Source: Acidimicrobiia bacterium (lineage in GTDB: Bacteria > Actinomycetota > Acidimicrobiia > Acidimicrobiales > JANYDT01). Taken from it: DNA of 64,000 bases. Location of the stretch: NCBI GenBank assembly GCA_031383405.1, contig JANMZO010000145.1, forward strand, positions 1,244 to 65,243, given 5' to 3'. The notes under the pieces were generated by a model. That model searched no databases and was not told where the DNA came from. It saw only the letters and a list, made by a program, of their open reading frames with translations. Below, piece after piece: positions 24,993 through 33,762 of this stretch (position 1 is the first letter of the stretch; each line of letters begins with the position of its first letter). The position numbers were made by a program, and so were the translations under genes.

Positions 24993-25680
24993 GAAACCTT
25001 TGACGTTGATGCGTGGCGGAAAAGTTCCCGATATCGCCGTGATCTTTGAGGGCGATATGGGTCGGAGCGGGGAGCGGCTCGTTGGCAGTCATGGAGCGGA
25101 GGAGGTGAGGTGCGAGGCTCGCCCGACCCCGGGCGATGCGAGAGCGGACGGTGCCGGGCGGAATACCGAGCACGTCTGCGATTTCCGCGTAATCAAGGCC
25201 GCATAGGTCGCGAAGAACGAGGGGTGCCCGGAAGTCAGGGGCGATGTTCGCCAGTGCCTCGTGGATCGCCTCCCGGTCGACGATGGACTCGATCTTTTCC
25301 GTGGCCCCGTTGTCGATGGCCAGAGGGGCGCGGAACCTGCGTCCCTGGGTCTCGTCTTCCGGTTCCGGTGCCCCGATCATGCGGGGCTCCGGTCGACGGT
25401 TACGGCGGCGGACCTCGTCCAGCGCTGCGTTCGTGGCGACCCGGTACAACCACGTCGTGAACGAACTGGTTCCGTCGAAACGGCCAATCGCCTTTGCCAC
25501 CGAAACGAGCGCGTTCTGTGCAGCGTCGTTGGCGTCCGCGTCGTTGTTAAGGACCCGGCGGCAGCGTTCGAGCACGGCTGGATAGTGACGACGTAGCAGG
25601 GCGTCCAACGCAGCGCGCTCTCCCCGCTGGGCTGCCGCCACGAGAATGACATCAGATTCGTCGTGGAAGCGGGGGCTCAT
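24979..25680 (-). CDS. ECF (sigma-70 family) RNA polymerase sigma factor, SigM-like position
   Basis: Region 2 'FTTWLYRVATNAALDEVRRR' and region 4 'LDYAEIADVLGIPPGTVRSRIARGR'. Confidence 0.9.
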   Translation of the reverse strand: MSPRFHDESDVILVAAAQRGERAALDALLRRHYPAVLERCRRVLNNDADANDAAQNALVSVAKAIGRFDGTSSFTTWLYRVATNAALDEVRRRNRRPEPRMIGAPEPEDETQGRRFRAPLAIDNGATEKIESIVDREAIHEALANIAPDFRAPLVLRDLCGLDYAEIADVLGIPPGTVRSRIARGRASLAPHLLRSMTANEPLPAPTHIALKDHGDIGNFSATHQRQRFHDGH

Positions 25681-25690
25681 ACGGTCCGAG

Positions 25691-27334
25691 CTAGCGACGT
25701 GGAGTGAGTTCTTGGATGATCACACGAGTAAGTTGCTGGCCGTCCGCCTTCGGGCCGAGTTCAGTGATCCACAGGAGCACCAGTGAGCCGCGCTTTTTGG
25801 TGAGCTTCACGTTGGTTGTCGATGTACCGACATTGCTCAACCGGCCGAGGGCCGGTCCCCAGTCGGCGAAGTTGACCGGTATCTTGTCGGCAATGTACAC
25901 CTTCGCCGACCACTGCCGACTCGGGCTGGCCACGCGTAGTTCAGACACCTCGCTCGCCTCGTGGAGCCGGACGATAATCCCGACGCCATCTTTGGTGTCG
26001 TTGAACTTCCGGGTTCCGTAGCCTTCGGTCGTCCAACTCGTGGCCAGGTCGCCATCGACCGCGTTCTTCGCGGCGGCGTCCTTCTCGGAACCGTCGCCCA
26101 ACGGGTCGTACGCGGAGGCGCCATCGACCTGCAGCACTTTTGTCGTCCGCACGGCCTTCAACACCGAGCTAACTGCGACACCCGCCCCGATACCGAGGAC
26201 TAGACCGGCCAGGGCCAACACGAACAATCGACGACCGAGGAGTTTGGCGGGCGTTGCGGAGTGGTTCTGCACTGTTGTGGGATCGGTCGTACTCTGCCCC
26301 GGGCGAGCACCGGTCACCACCGACGATTTCGGTAGCACCCGGACCGGACCGCTTTGGTCAACCGGCTTCGCGGGCGGCGGCGAGGATCCCCCCAGCGCAG
26401 CTGGTCCGACCGCTGGACCAACTCCGGGCGGTCGGACGAACGGTTTCGGGGGGGTAACGTCATGTTCGGTGCGCCCGACCGCGGGCAGCGCATCGTCGGG
26501 TCGAAGGTCGATCGTCCGGAGGGCCGCGGCGAGATCATCGGCTGTCGCGAAGCGCTCCGGGGGTCGACGGGCCATCGCCTTCGTAATTGCGGCCTCGAGG
26601 CTGCGGGGAACGCCGGCCCTGACCTGACGGGGCGGCGTCGCCGTCTCCCGGACGTGCTTGAGAGCCGTTGTGATGTCGTTCTTTCCGGTGAACGGAGGAC
26701 GCCCGCAGACGCTTTCGTACAGCACCACACCAAGCGCGTAAATGTCGGAGCGTGCGTCGATCTCCCCTCCTTCCACCTGTTCGGGAGCGAGGTACTTGGC
26801 AGTACCGAGGATGGCCCCCACCTGCGTGAGGTCTTCGCCCGCCTGAGCATTCTGGATCGCCCACGCGCCAACGTCTTGGTCGTCGACGCGGCGGTCGGTC
26901 AACTTGGCGATTCCGAAGTCGACGACCTTCACCCGGCCGTCTGCCTGCACGAGGATGTTCGCCGGTTTCACGTCGCGGTGGATCAACCCGTTGCGGTGGG
27001 CATAGGCCAACCCGTCGGCGGCCTGGCGCACGATGTCGACGGCCTTTTGCATGGTTAGACCCTTTTGGAGCAACGCCCGGAGCGACTCGCCCCGAATGAG
27101 CTCCATAACGATGTAGGCCCTTGTAGTGGTGGGAGCACCCTTCGGTCCGGCAACCTGGTCTACCCCGGTGTCGAAGATCGCAACCACATTGGGGTGGCTG
27201 AGTTTGGCGATCGAAAGGGCCTCGCGACGAAATCGGCTCACAAACCCGGCATCGCCGGCCAGGTGACCGTGGAGCATCTTGACCGCAACATCGCGATCGA
27301 GGTTCTCGTCGTGGGCTTCCCACACCTCGGCCAT
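25691..27334 (-). CDS. Ser/Thr protein kinase with a TM helix and an extracellular C-terminal domain (N-terminus problematic, see findings)
   Basis: 'VAVKML', 'HRDVKPANIL', 'DFGIAK' and 'GTAKYLAPEQ', plus TM 'LFVLALAGLVLGIGAGVAV'. The track ATG lies inside the Gly-rich loop. Confidence 0.9.
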   Translation of the reverse strand: MAEVWEAHDENLDRDVAVKMLHGHLAGDAGFVSRFRREALSIAKLSHPNVVAIFDTGVDQVAGPKGAPTTTRAYIVMELIRGESLRALLQKGLTMQKAVDIVRQAADGLAYAHRNGLIHRDVKPANILVQADGRVKVVDFGIAKLTDRRVDDQDVGAWAIQNAQAGEDLTQVGAILGTAKYLAPEQVEGGEIDARSDIYALGVVLYESVCGRPPFTGKNDITTALKHVRETATPPRQVRAGVPRSLEAAITKAMARRPPERFATADDLAAALRTIDLRPDDALPAVGRTEHDVTPPKPFVRPPGVGPAVGPAALGGSSPPPAKPVDQSGPVRVLPKSSVVTGARPGQSTTDPTTVQNHSATPAKLLGRRLFVLALAGLVLGIGAGVAVSSVLKAVRTTKVLQVDGASAYDPLGDGSEKDAAAKNAVDGDLATSWTTEGYGTRKFNDTKDGVGIIVRLHEASEVSELRVASPSRQWSAKVYIADKIPVNFADWGPALGRLSNVGTSTTNVKLTKKRGSLVLLWITELGPKADGQQLTRVIIQELTPRR

Positions 27335-27566
27335 GCCGCCGCGTTCAATGGACCGACGAAGACGGTAACGACCAGCTACCAGTTCGCCTTCGGACGCGAC
27401 AGAAGCAGCCTCATGGCCGCTCCCTAGGGCGGAACCGGGAGTGGGTTCATCCCAGATGATGGCTCCAGCGAACCGGATGCAGACGTGACCCGTTCATGAT
27501 GGCCCTAGCTTCGATGCCCAAAGGACAGCCGCTCGTGGTGAAGTGTGGAATCGGAGCCATTCAGGG

Positions 27567-27698
27567 CTCAGTCTTTTTGTCCGGTGGCACGGACGTCTCA
27601 AGGACGTGAAAATCGGTACCCGTCATTTTCCGCTCAGTCTTTTTGTCCGGTGGCACGGACGTCTCAAGGACGTGAAAATCGGTACCCGTCATTTTCCG
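27567..27698 (-). repeat. Two identical 66-nt copies of the dispersed intergenic repeat, locus B (inverted relative to locus A)
   Basis: 27567-27632 and 27633-27698 are identical. Their reverse complement differs from the locus A unit at about 5 positions. The array ends 1 nt from the DegV stop codon. Confidence 0.9.
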
Positions 27699-27699
27699 C

Positions 27700-28557
27700 T
27701 CAGCGCTTCGGCACGTTGAAGGTGATGCCGACCACCCGGGGGCCGCCGTGGCTTCCAATCACGGCCCCGATTTGGCCCTGTACGATCTGGTCGCGTGGGA
27801 AGGCGATGGATAGTTGCTCGACGATCTGGTCGGCGTCGTCGGCGTCGCCGTGCATGACCGCCAGGTTTTCGATCGAGCCGTATTCCTTCTTCGCGTCCAT
27901 CACCATCTGGGTCAGCTGCGCGAGTGCTTTGGAACGGGTGCGTTGCTTTCCGAGTTCTTCAACGGCTCCGCTGGAGATGTCGAGCAGCGGCTTGACCGAG
28001 AGCAGCGAACCAATGAGGGCCCTGGCGCCTCCGATCCGCCCGCCCTTCTTCAGATTGTCGAGGGTGTCGAGCGCGCCGTAGACACGGGTGCGTAGCTTCA
28101 TCGACTCGATCTCAGCCACGATCTCTTCTGGGCTTGCGCCGCTCGCGGCCATCCTCGCCGCAACCCGGACCATCGAACCCTGTCCCATCGTGATCGACAG
28201 CGAGTCGATCACGCGAACGTCGATCTCGGGACGGACGGAGGAGGCGGCCAACTCGGCCGACGCATAGGTCGCCGACAACTTCGACGACAGGTTGATGCAG
28301 ATCACCGTTGTCGCTCCGGCTGCCGCGGCACGACGAAAGGCCTGTTCAAAGGCACCGGGGGAAGGAGCGGCGGTCTCCGGGAGCACCGGTGACTGGCCGA
28401 CCCGGCGCCAGAATTCCTTTGGGCTGAGGTCCTTGCGATCGATGAACTCTTCGCTTCCGAAACGGATGCTGAGCGGCACCACTTCGATGTTCAGCTCGGC
28501 GGTGTCGGCTTCCGCCAGATCACAAGCGCTATCGGTGACGATCTTGACGTTCGACAT
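27700..28557 (-). CDS. DegV-family fatty-acid-binding protein
   Basis: 'KIVTDSACDLAE...NIEVVPLSIRFG', 285 aa, typical DegV length and N-terminus. Confidence 0.85.
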   Translation of the reverse strand: MSNVKIVTDSACDLAEADTAELNIEVVPLSIRFGSEEFIDRKDLSPKEFWRRVGQSPVLPETAAPSPGAFEQAFRRAAAAGATTVICINLSSKLSATYASAELAASSVRPEIDVRVIDSLSITMGQGSMVRVAARMAASGASPEEIVAEIESMKLRTRVYGALDTLDNLKKGGRIGGARALIGSLLSVKPLLDISSGAVEELGKQRTRSKALAQLTQMVMDAKKEYGSIENLAVMHGDADDADQIVEQLSIAFPRDQIVQGQIGAVIGSHGGPRVVGITFNVPKR

Positions 28558-28651
28558 GTTGATGGGTCCTTGGAGGTGTGGTCCTAGTGCAAGAAGTCAA
28601 ACGTGCAATAGGTACGGCTTGGGTCGTTTCTGACCGGGTTGGGTTTGACGT

Positions 28652-30463
28652 TTACGAGAACCCCGGCAGCCTGCGTTGCAATCCGCGCACGATAGCGTCG
28701 AGTTGGTTGATACCAACGCGTCGGCCGATGACGACGTAAACGCTAACACCGACTCCAACACCGGTCCCTACTTCGAGTAGCGAACCGAACCGGGCGTTGA
28801 GCGCGATAATCGCGTCAGGGCGGACGAACAACCAGTGCATGGAGTACGTGGTCACCGAGCAGGCGAGCGCCATGGCGGCGGTGGCCAGAAACACCCGGGC
28901 GAGGCTGTCGAGAATCTGGTTGCCGTTAAGACCCTTTGTCCGTTGACTTACAACTGCGAACGCGAGAAAGGAGCTGAGGATGTACGCCACGGCCATGCCG
29001 AACGCAAGTCCTTGGACTCCGAATCCGAGCCGAAACGCGACGCCGGCCAGAAGAATGTTAAGCGCGCATTCCAACACGTTGACGTGGTATGTCGCCTTGG
29101 TGGAACGCATCGCCTTCAACGCGTTCATGAGCAGCAGGTACACGCTGAACGCCGGCAGGCCGATTGCGAAGACCTGAAGGGTGTCGGCCAACAGACGTGC
29201 ACCACCTGAGTTGAGGTCGCCGTTGCGGATCAGTGCCACGATCGGCCGGGAGAGAATCATGTAGCCGGCGGCGGCGGGAACCATGATGGTCAGCACAGAC
29301 GAGATCGCGTCGGACAGACGGTTGCGGAAGCGGGCCCGTTTGCGGTCGAGAAACGCTTCGGCCAACTCGGGCTGGATGCCACTCATGATCGAAACGGCGA
29401 ACACACCGTGGGGGAGCAGAAAGAACGTGCTGTAGGCGAGCGAATAGACCGCATAGTCGCCGTCTATCCGACTCGATGCCCAGACCACGAACTGCAGTGC
29501 AACCATGTTCGCGATCACGTACCCGAACGTCCACGTCGATAGCGTGACCAGTTCCCGAATCGCGGGATGACTTGGCTCCCAGTGCCAGCGTGGCCGGTAG
29601 CCGGTCGCCCGCAAAGAAGGCACATGGCCCATGGCCATTATGACCACACCGAGGGTGGTACCCAGCCCAAGGAGCACCTTGGTCGGCGTGTCGTTCAAAA
29701 CGAGGTTCAAACCCACCAAAGGATCGTTCGGGTCGGCATTCGCAGCGTGCTTCACATTCGAAAGCAGGCGTTGAGCCCAGATCAGCACAACGATGACCGT
29801 GAGGTTGTTGAGAACCGGGGCCAACATCGGAGCACCGAAGCGGCGACGGGCGTTCAACAGAGCGGTGGCGACCGTGATGAACCCGTAGAAGGCGATCTGC
29901 GGAGCGAACCAGCGCAGGAGATATGCCGCCAGCCGTTGTTTCTCTTCGCTGGCCGAGCCGATCCAGATACTCATGATGGTCGGCGCGAGCGCCATCGTGA
30001 GAAGAACCGTGACTGCGAGGACCACTCCGACCAGCGTCACGATGGCATCTATGCCTTCGTCGGCCCGCCGGGTCTTCTTGCGCATCAACGCGAGGAAGAT
30101 CGGCACGAGCGAAGCGGAAAGAACTCCTCCGGCGACGAGTTCATAAAGCATGTTCGGGGTGGTGTTGCCGATTTGGTACGCGTCGGCCAGAGCGGTGGCT
30201 CCGAAGCCGAGGAACACAAACGAGCGGATCGCGCCGGTGAGGCGCGACAGCAACGTTCCCATGGCCATCAAGGCTGTGGCGTCACCGAGCGCACTCCCTT
30301 GCGACGACGGTGTTTGACGGTGTGACGACGGTGTTTGAGGGGGCGACGACGGTGTTTGAGGGGGCGACGACGGTGTTTGACGGTGTGACGAAGATGTTTG
30401 ACGGCCCGCGACTCGCGGCGTCGGTCGTCGGCGGGCAGGCGTGTCGGGACGGTCGTCGGTCAC
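28652..30463 (-). CDS. murJ: Lipid II flippase MurJ (MviN) with a repeat-rich N-terminal tail
   Basis: 603-aa polytopic protein with 'LSRLTGAIRSFVFLGFGATALADAYQIGNTTPNMLYELVAGGVLSASLVP'. Its position matches Rv3910. Confidence 0.88.
   Translation of the reverse strand: MTDDRPDTPARRRPTPRVAGRQTSSSHRQTPSSPPQTPSSPPQTPSSHRQTPSSQGSALGDATALMAMGTLLSRLTGAIRSFVFLGFGATALADAYQIGNTTPNMLYELVAGGVLSASLVPIFLALMRKKTRRADEGIDAIVTLVGVVLAVTVLLTMALAPTIMSIWIGSASEEKQRLAAYLLRWFAPQIAFYGFITVATALLNARRRFGAPMLAPVLNNLTVIVVLIWAQRLLSNVKHAANADPNDPLVGLNLVLNDTPTKVLLGLGTTLGVVIMAMGHVPSLRATGYRPRWHWEPSHPAIRELVTLSTWTFGYVIANMVALQFVVWASSRIDGDYAVYSLAYSTFFLLPHGVFAVSIMSGIQPELAEAFLDRKRARFRNRLSDAISSVLTIMVPAAAGYMILSRPIVALIRNGDLNSGGARLLADTLQVFAIGLPAFSVYLLLMNALKAMRSTKATYHVNVLECALNILLAGVAFRLGFGVQGLAFGMAVAYILSSFLAFAVVSQRTKGLNGNQILDSLARVFLATAAMALACSVTTYSMHWLFVRPDAIIALNARFGSLLEVGTGVGVGVSVYVVIGRRVGINQLDAIVRGLQRRLPGFS
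30303..30407. repeat. 5 x 21-bp in-frame tandem repeat in the murJ 5' region
   Basis: GACGACGGTGTTTGA(C/G)GG(T/G)G(T/C) units encode '(H/P)(R/P)QTPSS' heptads on the minus strand. Confidence 0.9.
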
Positions 30464-32640
30464 GAACCGGCCCGCTTCGGACTCGCCTGTGACGGGTGGC
30501 TGTTCAAGGACCGCTCACGCCGGGTTCGGAGAATTGTTCGGATCCACCATGCGCCCAGAACAAGAAGTGCTCCTATCGTGAGAATTTTGCCGAGCCCACC
30601 AACAGCAGTTGAACGCAACGTATACCGAACGTTAGTGAGCGCGAGTCCCGAGGGGGTGGTCAAGCGCAGCCGCATCGAGAATGATCCCGGGCCCCGGGTG
30701 GTCACCTGAATCTGCTCCTGGTGGATCCGGCTCTGGATAACGATCGTGCGACGGACCAGAAGTTGTCCGGGCCGGTTCGGATCGGCCACCGATCCTTCCA
30801 ACGAGACGTTGTCGCTCGAAACCTCAAGGACGACGGTGGTCGGTCGCCCGCTGTCGTTGATGATCGGTATCGGAACCTCCTGCTGACGCGCCGTTAATGT
30901 GACGATGTCCGTCGGGGAAAGATGGATGGTTCCGATACGCGCGTTGGATTCGTCCTCTATCCGTTTGAGGGCCGCTGCGAAGTTCGCCCCCGGTGTGGCA
31001 GCGCTGCCTGACGGTAGGGAAGCCACCGCCACGAGTACACGCTTTTCCAGATCGTCGGCGTCGGTGGCCGGGCCCTGGAACGCAGATCTGTAGCCGTCGA
31101 GTCGGGTGAGGATGCGATTGACGTCCCTCGCGGCGCGTGAAGGGAGTGTCGCTCCCACATTCTTTGGTGAGCGCACCAGGGCCGTGCCTCCGCTCGAAGC
31201 CAGGGGGAGGCTGAACAGCGTCGACAAAGTCACGGGTTCGATGATCTCCTTCGCCTCAAGGCCGGCAAGTACTTCTGACAACGTGGCCTGTGAGGTGCTC
31301 TCCGGTACGAGGACCGCCGCGCCGTGTGAACCCGACCGTTGGCCGGCTTGAACCATTGCCAGGTCGGCGATGAGGTGCTGAGCCCGAAGCACATCATCGG
31401 CGCCAGGTCGACGTTCGGAAAGTCTTCGGACGAAATGATCTTCGAGCGCGCTGTCGAGCACCATACCGGGCACCGGTACGCCATCGGAGTTGTCGATCGC
31501 AGCGGCATCGATCAGAACTGGCAGGGTCGGGGGGACCTCCCCGGCCTCCGTCTGCAGGGCGGACGCCTGTACGACAACGCGTCGGTAGCTTAAGGTGCTG
31601 AGGGTTCGTGATCCGACGAGTTGGTCGGTGAAGAGGCCGACGCCCGACGTTGTTCTTGTCTGGAGCAGTGAACGAATTGTGGCCGCGCCCATGGCCTGGT
31701 TCCCCTGAACGAGCCGCTTCAGAACGGAGTCGTTCGAGATGGCGCCGGTGATCGGCACATAGGGGGTTCCGAGCACCTCACGGCCGACGAGTGCCTGACG
31801 CATCTGGTCGAGAAGGGGGCTGGAATTGGCGTCTTGCTGGGAAAGCCGGTAGAGGGTATCGAGCGTTTCCGGGGTCGGTGCAATGGTAAGCGGCGTGGAG
31901 GGCCGGGCCACGAGCGCCTCGATGACGCTGATGAGGTTTCGGGTTGAGGGGACCTGTTCCTCGCCGGCGTTATCGAAGTTGGGATCGGTGCGCAACGGCA
32001 CGATCAACGCCACCTTCAGTGGTTCGAGGGTGGTGTTCACCGCTCGGATCACGTAGGTGGTAAACCGGTCGACAACGGTTTCTTCGGTGGTTGATCGAAG
32101 TTCAACCATGATCGGGTAGACACCGTTGACCCGCAGGTTGATGCAACTCGGGCACTCGGCCGAAGGAACGCCGATCGGAAGATTGAGTCGAATCGGTATT
32201 TCGCGTGCTGCGGCGGACTCGGCGTCGGCGTCGGGGTCGGTTGGGACGGGCACCGAGGCCCCGATACCGATAACCGAGCCGAGGGCGCGGCTGAGGTTCG
32301 TTTGGGCGAACTCAGCTCGGGTTTTGACCCGTTGAAAGACCGTCGCCGCCACCTCAAGGTTGCGGTCGGAGCCCGGAGGAAGGAGTACTTCAACGTCGAC
32401 GAGTTGAACGCCGTCCTGCCGAAGCACCGGACCTTGCTGGATGAGCCGAATCTCTGACTTCGGAACCTTCGCCTGGGTGTTCGCAGCTTCTTCCGCGGTT
32501 GTCGAGTCGACCGGCTTTTTCGCCGAGTCCGCTTCGGCTGGGGCCATTGGATGAACGGGCCCCATGACAATCGCGGCGGTCACGAGGATCGTCAGGGCCA
32601 GCCGTCTGAGGGTCGTCGAGCGGCCGTTGGAGGACCTCAT
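30460..32640 (-). CDS. Rv3909-like secreted, C-terminally anchored protein (DUF6049-type)
   Basis: 726 aa with a signal-like N-terminus 'LALTILVTAAIVMGPVHPMAPAEA' and a C-terminal TM 'ILTIGALLVLGAWWI'. Synteny with Rv3909 next to murJ; the family call is tentative. Confidence 0.45.
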   Translation of the reverse strand: MRSSNGRSTTLRRLALTILVTAAIVMGPVHPMAPAEADSAKKPVDSTTAEEAANTQAKVPKSEIRLIQQGPVLRQDGVQLVDVEVLLPPGSDRNLEVAATVFQRVKTRAEFAQTNLSRALGSVIGIGASVPVPTDPDADAESAAAREIPIRLNLPIGVPSAECPSCINLRVNGVYPIMVELRSTTEETVVDRFTTYVIRAVNTTLEPLKVALIVPLRTDPNFDNAGEEQVPSTRNLISVIEALVARPSTPLTIAPTPETLDTLYRLSQQDANSSPLLDQMRQALVGREVLGTPYVPITGAISNDSVLKRLVQGNQAMGAATIRSLLQTRTTSGVGLFTDQLVGSRTLSTLSYRRVVVQASALQTEAGEVPPTLPVLIDAAAIDNSDGVPVPGMVLDSALEDHFVRRLSERRPGADDVLRAQHLIADLAMVQAGQRSGSHGAAVLVPESTSQATLSEVLAGLEAKEIIEPVTLSTLFSLPLASSGGTALVRSPKNVGATLPSRAARDVNRILTRLDGYRSAFQGPATDADDLEKRVLVAVASLPSGSAATPGANFAAALKRIEDESNARIGTIHLSPTDIVTLTARQQEVPIPIINDSGRPTTVVLEVSSDNVSLEGSVADPNRPGQLLVRRTIVIQSRIHQEQIQVTTRGPGSFSMRLRLTTPSGLALTNVRYTLRSTAVGGLGKILTIGALLVLGAWWIRTILRTRRERSLNSHPSQASPKRAGS

Positions 32641-33593
32641 GGATTCGGTTCTGGTGGAAGGTCGTGTTCAAGGAGCATCAATCCGAGAGGAGATTCAACG
32701 AATCCGGTCCGGTGGTACAGCCGTAGGGCATTCGTGTTTGTCGTCTGGGTGTTGACGATAAGTCGTCGGACATCGCGTCGGGCGGACCATTCAGTAGCGG
32801 CGTCGACGAGCGCCGTGCCGACTCCGAGGCGTTGCGCGCCGGAATCGACGGCGAGTCGCTGGAGGTACCCTCGACGGCCGGAACAGCCGATGATCGCGAA
32901 TCCAACCGGTTCGTCATCGCGCTGTGCGACGAGCAGTTGAGCGCTCGGCGTCGCCGTGAGTGCCGACGTTAGATCGTGGAGATCCATAGCCCAGGATTCT
33001 CCGAAGGAGTTTCGGTCGACTTCGACGGCAGCTTGTAGGTCGTGGTCGGTGCCACGCCGAATCGTGGAGCCGGTCGGAAATACGCGCTTACCCCGCGCCA
33101 GTCGAACGGACCGAAACCGCAAAATCTGGAATGGGCTGCGTGGAAGTTCCTTGGTGAGCAGCGTAAGTTTGGAACGGACGCGGAACCCGACATCGAACAA
33201 CGGTGGAGCCGCGTCGGGGCTCATTGCCGAGGTCAGAACCCGGATGAACCCGGAGTCTGTGCCTGTAACGGTGCTGGCACCGGTCGGGAGGCGTATGGCG
33301 GCCACGGTGCGTTGCACGTCAATCAGCAGTCGACGAACGGCGTCTGTGGAAAGGGAGCCCTCACTCAAGGGGGAAAACGTGACAGTGACCAGCCGACCGG
33401 GTGCGTCGAAGCGGTAGTCGAGTTGAACCCGGGTCGATCCGTAGCGGAACTGTCGGCTGACGACGCGGCTTACAGGTCCGGCGGTTTTGGCCAGCGCAGC
33501 GAGGCCCGCGAACGGAGCGCCCTGGGCTCGGACGGTCGACGTTGAGCATGGCATGGGCCAGTCTTCGCTCGGAACGTCGGCCGGTGAATGCAC
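32637..33593 (-). CDS. GNAT-family N-acetyltransferase (C-terminal domain)
   Basis: 'GYLQRLAVDSGAQRLGVGTALVDAATEWS...NTNALRLYHRTGF' matches acetyl-CoA-binding motif A/B. Confidence 0.75.
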   Translation of the reverse strand: MHSPADVPSEDWPMPCSTSTVRAQGAPFAGLAALAKTAGPVSRVVSRQFRYGSTRVQLDYRFDAPGRLVTVTFSPLSEGSLSTDAVRRLLIDVQRTVAAIRLPTGASTVTGTDSGFIRVLTSAMSPDAAPPLFDVGFRVRSKLTLLTKELPRSPFQILRFRSVRLARGKRVFPTGSTIRRGTDHDLQAAVEVDRNSFGESWAMDLHDLTSALTATPSAQLLVAQRDDEPVGFAIIGCSGRRGYLQRLAVDSGAQRLGVGTALVDAATEWSARRDVRRLIVNTQTTNTNALRLYHRTGFVESPLGLMLLEHDLPPEPNP

Positions 33594-33647
33594 AGGTAGA
33601 GAATACTGACGCGTGGCGTGCCGTTCTCCGGATGCCTCTCGTTCGGG

Positions 33648-33681
33648 TAGTTGGCTTGTTCGGGTCGTTGGCTTGTTCGGG
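33648..33681. repeat. 2 x 17-bp tandem repeat in the GNAT/cca divergent intergenic region
   Basis: TAGTTGGCTTGTTCGGG / TCGTTGGCTTGTTCGGG, followed by a degenerate third copy. Confidence 0.8.
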
Positions 33682-33762
33682 TTGGTCGGTTCTTCTGGTG
33701 CGGGCGTCGGCCGCGCAGCGGGTGGTCGGATTGACGCGAGGTAGGCGAGTTACGCTCTTGCG

